Positions 29,787 through 32,000 of a DNA stretch of 32,000 nucleotides are shown here, in pieces (the stretch's first letter is position 1; every line of letters starts with the position of its first letter). The notes beneath the pieces were generated by a model that saw only the letters and a list, made by a program, of their open reading frames with translations, had not been told where the DNA came from and made no database searches. The DNA is taken from contig OY759724.1 of assembly GCA_963662715.1 (NCBI GenBank), forward strand, positions 1,500,001-1,532,000, written 5' to 3'. A program made the translations under genes and the position numbers. Source of the DNA: Candidatus Omnitrophota bacterium. Its GTDB lineage: Bacteria; Omnitrophota; Gorgyraeia; Zapsychrales; JANLHA01.

Positions 29787-30692
29787 ATGAAAACAGATCT
29801 TTTGATTGTAGGTGCGGGGCCGGCAGGACTGCAGGCGGCTATTCACGCATCTCGAAGGAGAATACGCGTGGTTGTGGCCGGAAAGACAGACGAGAGCAGT
29901 TTGAAAAAGGCGAAAGTTGAAAATTATTGCTGTATGGAGCTTTTTAGCCAAGGGAAGGATCTGTTAGAAAAGGGGCGCAGGCAATGTGAAAATTTTGGAG
30001 TTGTTTTTATGGAAGAAGACGTTATGGCGGTTGGACGCAGCGGAGAGCAGCCTTTTTGTGTCGAAATGGCCAATGGAGAAAAAATAGAGACCACATCGAT
30101 CGTTATTGCGGCAGGCATTGCCATCAATAAGCTAGGGGTAAAAGGTGAGAAAGAATACCATGGGAAAGGCGTGAGCTATTGTGTTGATTGTGATGCAGGA
30201 TTTTTTAAGGATAAAAGAGTCGCGGTCGTCGGTAATGGCAGCGCCGCCGTGAGCGGGGCCAGGCTTTTGGCCCTTTATGCCCGTGATGTTTATCTTATTT
30301 CAAGAGATATTGATGTTCATGATAATTTAAAGTCACAGCTTAACGCCTCAGAGATTGTGCAGATCAACAATCAATGGGTTAAAGAGATCCTCGGAGACGG
30401 GAACAAGGTTGAAAGTGTGTTGTTGGAGAATGATGAAAAATTGAGTTTGGATGGTGTCTTTATTGAGCTGGGGGCAAAAGGGGCGCTGGAGTTATTCCAG
30501 CCCTTAGGTCTGGCGCCGGGGGGAGAAAATTTTGCTTATATTGATACAAACAAAAAACAGGAAACCAATATTTCAGGAATTTTTGCCGCAGGAGATATTT
30601 GCGGACCCCCTTTTCAGCTTGCGAAGGCTGTGGGGGAGGGCTGTGTCGCCGGCATTAATGCCAGTGATTATGTGAAAATAAAAAATAAATGA
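29787..30692 (+). CDS. trxB: Thioredoxin-disulfide reductase-like FAD/NAD(P)-dependent oxidoreductase
   Basis: FAD GxGxxG (LLIVGAGPAGLQAA), redox CVDC in SYCVDCDAGFF, a second dinucleotide site VAVVGNGSAAVSGA, and the C-terminal GIFAAGDI. Confidence 0.8.
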   Translation: MKTDLLIVGAGPAGLQAAIHASRRRIRVVVAGKTDESSLKKAKVENYCCMELFSQGKDLLEKGRRQCENFGVVFMEEDVMAVGRSGEQPFCVEMANGEKIETTSIVIAAGIAINKLGVKGEKEYHGKGVSYCVDCDAGFFKDKRVAVVGNGSAAVSGARLLALYARDVYLISRDIDVHDNLKSQLNASEIVQINNQWVKEILGDGNKVESVLLENDEKLSLDGVFIELGAKGALELFQPLGLAPGGENFAYIDTNKKQETNISGIFAAGDICGPPFQLAKAVGEGCVAGINASDYVKIKNK

Positions 30693-30764
30693 AAAAAATA
30701 TAAAAGTTGTTATTGCCTGTGGAGTCGCCGCCGGACCTGAAGCGGGCCCAAGAATCCATCGTAT

Positions 30765-31176
30765 GTGTCCGAAGTAGACATCCATTCAAAGCAAAGTTTG
30801 AGCCCTTGCGAACTTGAAAGACGAAAAAGGGGGCTGAACATGGCCCCGTTACTTGATATTGTTTTTTACTCCTTGTTTTGTGTTGTCCTCCCTTTTTTCT
30901 CTCACAAAAGATTAAAAGCCGACCTCCCCCGCGTAGCTTGTGCACGGACGCAAAGAGATGAAAATATCGCATCCTTTTCCATAGGGACGGAGTTATTTTT
31001 TTGATGGTCGAAATGTGGGCTTAGATCATTTTGCGGGGGCTATCATATCCGCCGTAAAACAAACAGGGTTAAAAACTGTTGTTATTAAAGCGGATGAGGA
31101 TGCCCGTCTGGGCATGGTGGCCAAAGTGATGGATATCGTCAAAGAAAATTTCTTTGAGATTGAATTTGCCGCGTAA
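30765..31176 (+). pseudogene. exbD: exbD/tolR-family gene interrupted by a +1 frame change in a T7 run
   Basis: The N-terminal part ERRKRGLNMAPLLDIVFYSLFCVVL...LKADLPRVA stops at TGA 31002-31004. The frame starting at 31003 continues DGRNVGLDHFAGAIISAVKQTGLKTVVIKADEDARLGMVAKVMDIVKENFFEIEFAA*. A T6 instead of T7 at 30996-31002 would give one ORF. Confidence 0.6.
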
Positions 31177-31379
31177 GAAGAAATCCTGCTTATGTCCTGT
31201 CCCCAGACTGTATTGAAGAATGAAAGTTGCTCCGGTCATCTGGTTTTAAGGAATCCGATAGAGGAGCCTTAACATCCGTTGGCCGGGCGGGCCCTTTTCC
31301 GCCGTTGTCAGCTGATTTAGAAAAAAGGAACTGGGGTCTGATAAGGACAGTTTCTTAAGATCGGAAATATAAAAAAAGA

Positions 31380-31407
31380 TTGATTTTAAATGCTGTTGTG
31401 TTACAAT
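31380..31407 (+). promoter_or_regulatory. Sigma-70-type promoter upstream of nikR
   Basis: TTGATT, a 16-nt spacer, then TACAAT, lying 33 nt upstream of the ATG. Confidence 0.5.
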
Positions 31408-31440
31408 TTTTAAAATCATGACACGACAGGATCCGACGAA

Positions 31441-31857
31441 ATGGCTGATTTATTCAGATTTGGTATTTCTTTACCGAGAGATTTAATTGAAAAATTTGAC
31501 GGAGCCATCAGGGGAAAGAGTTATACGAACCGGTCGAAGGCGATCGGCGATCTAATACGCCAGGAATTAACCAGAAAAGAGTGGCGTGAAGACCGGGAAA
31601 TAGCGGGCGCGGTTATACTCATTTATAATCATCGCAAAAAAGAACTTTTCCACAAGATAACGCATTTACAAGACAGCTTCCGTACAATAATTATTTCCGC
31701 AGAACACATTTATTTGGATCGTAATCATTGTCTTGAAATAATCGCCATCAAAGGTAACTCTCTGCCAGCGCAAAATTTGACCAATAGTTTAAGAGCCATT
31801 AAAGGAATTAAGCGTGTGATGTTGAGTATGGCAGACACAGGGCCGACGGCAGAATAG
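31441..31857 (+). CDS. nikR: NikR-family ribbon-helix-helix metal-responsive regulator
   Basis: RFGISLPRDLIEKFDGAIRGKSYTNRSKAIGDLIR is the RHH part. The C-terminal part AVILIYNHRKKEL...AEHIYLDRNHCLEIIAIKG is the NikR_C ACT-like fold. Confidence 0.75.
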   Translation: MADLFRFGISLPRDLIEKFDGAIRGKSYTNRSKAIGDLIRQELTRKEWREDREIAGAVILIYNHRKKELFHKITHLQDSFRTIIISAEHIYLDRNHCLEIIAIKGNSLPAQNLTNSLRAIKGIKRVMLSMADTGPTAE

Positions 31858-31957
31858 TGCTTTACTTTTTTTAATATAAGTATAGAATTTATGTTATTAA
31901 AATGTGGAAGAATAATCAGGGGATTTTGGAAACAGGAACTTTTAAACGGAGGGAAAT

Positions 31958-32000
31958 ATGTCCAAAATATTGATTGTCGATGATAATGACGATTTTTTAC
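31958..32000 (+). CDS. Response-regulator receiver domain, 5' fragment (runs off the window)
   Basis: MSKILIVDDNDDFL, preceded by RBS ggaggg. Only 14 codons are visible. Confidence 0.5.
   Translation, partial: MSKILIVDDNDDFL

Noticed and set aside
29487-29951. 154-aa minus-strand ORF and 90-aa plus-strand ORF 29518-29790.
   Set aside because: Both overlap the thioredoxin-fold gene and the start of the trxB-like gene, which have clear motifs and RBSs. Their translations are low-complexity or odd.
30655-30972. 105-aa minus-strand ORF and 70-aa ORF 30573-30785.
   Set aside because: They are antisense to the trxB-like 3' end and the exbD-like N-terminal segment. They have no motifs.

Overview
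AT-rich bacterial window. I saw no rRNA, tRNA or CRISPR array. All domain calls come from motif recognition by eye, since I could run no HMM or BLAST search.

nt 1-26,000 is an accessory polymorphic-toxin island full of mobile elements.
- It opens with a tnpA-only IS200/IS605-type element flanked by hairpins, followed by a 254-aa hypothetical gene.
- Next is an 8.5-kb gene for a 2,848-aa protein with a Sec-type signal peptide. This protein fuses a SpvB/TcB-like N-terminal region, an FG-GAP/VCBS propeller, an RHS/YD-repeat shell (TcC-like), the Rhs core (DHLGS...DPSGN) and a roughly 215-aa variable C-terminal toxin tip. A small immunity-like ORF follows it.
- Downstream lie at least four 5'-truncated orphan rhs tips, each with its own small downstream ORF that is a candidate immunity gene.
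- The same stretch carries toxin-less immunity-like ORFs, an Abi-alpha-like gene and membrane proteins.
- It also carries an IS1182-like element, two apparently identical 1,232-bp IS3-family copies in direct orientation, a second IS3-family type, and MITE-like repeats at cassette junctions.

nt 26,000-32,000 looks like core genome.
- It starts with a gene for a sigma-70 region-2-like protein.
- A tight co-directional thiol-redox cluster follows: ArsR, TrxA, Zn-ribbon protein, ATPase, Cys-rich membrane peptide, DUF302, small CxxxxC membrane peptide, atypical thioredoxin, and TrxB-like reductase.
- The window ends with an exbD gene broken at a T7 homopolymer, a nikR-family gene, and the first codons of a response regulator.

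The most unusual feature is a roughly 2.2-kb module inserted in the middle of the RHS shell, made of an unclassified beta-rich domain and FN3 repeats. The IS- and MITE-shaped orphan toxin/immunity array comes second.
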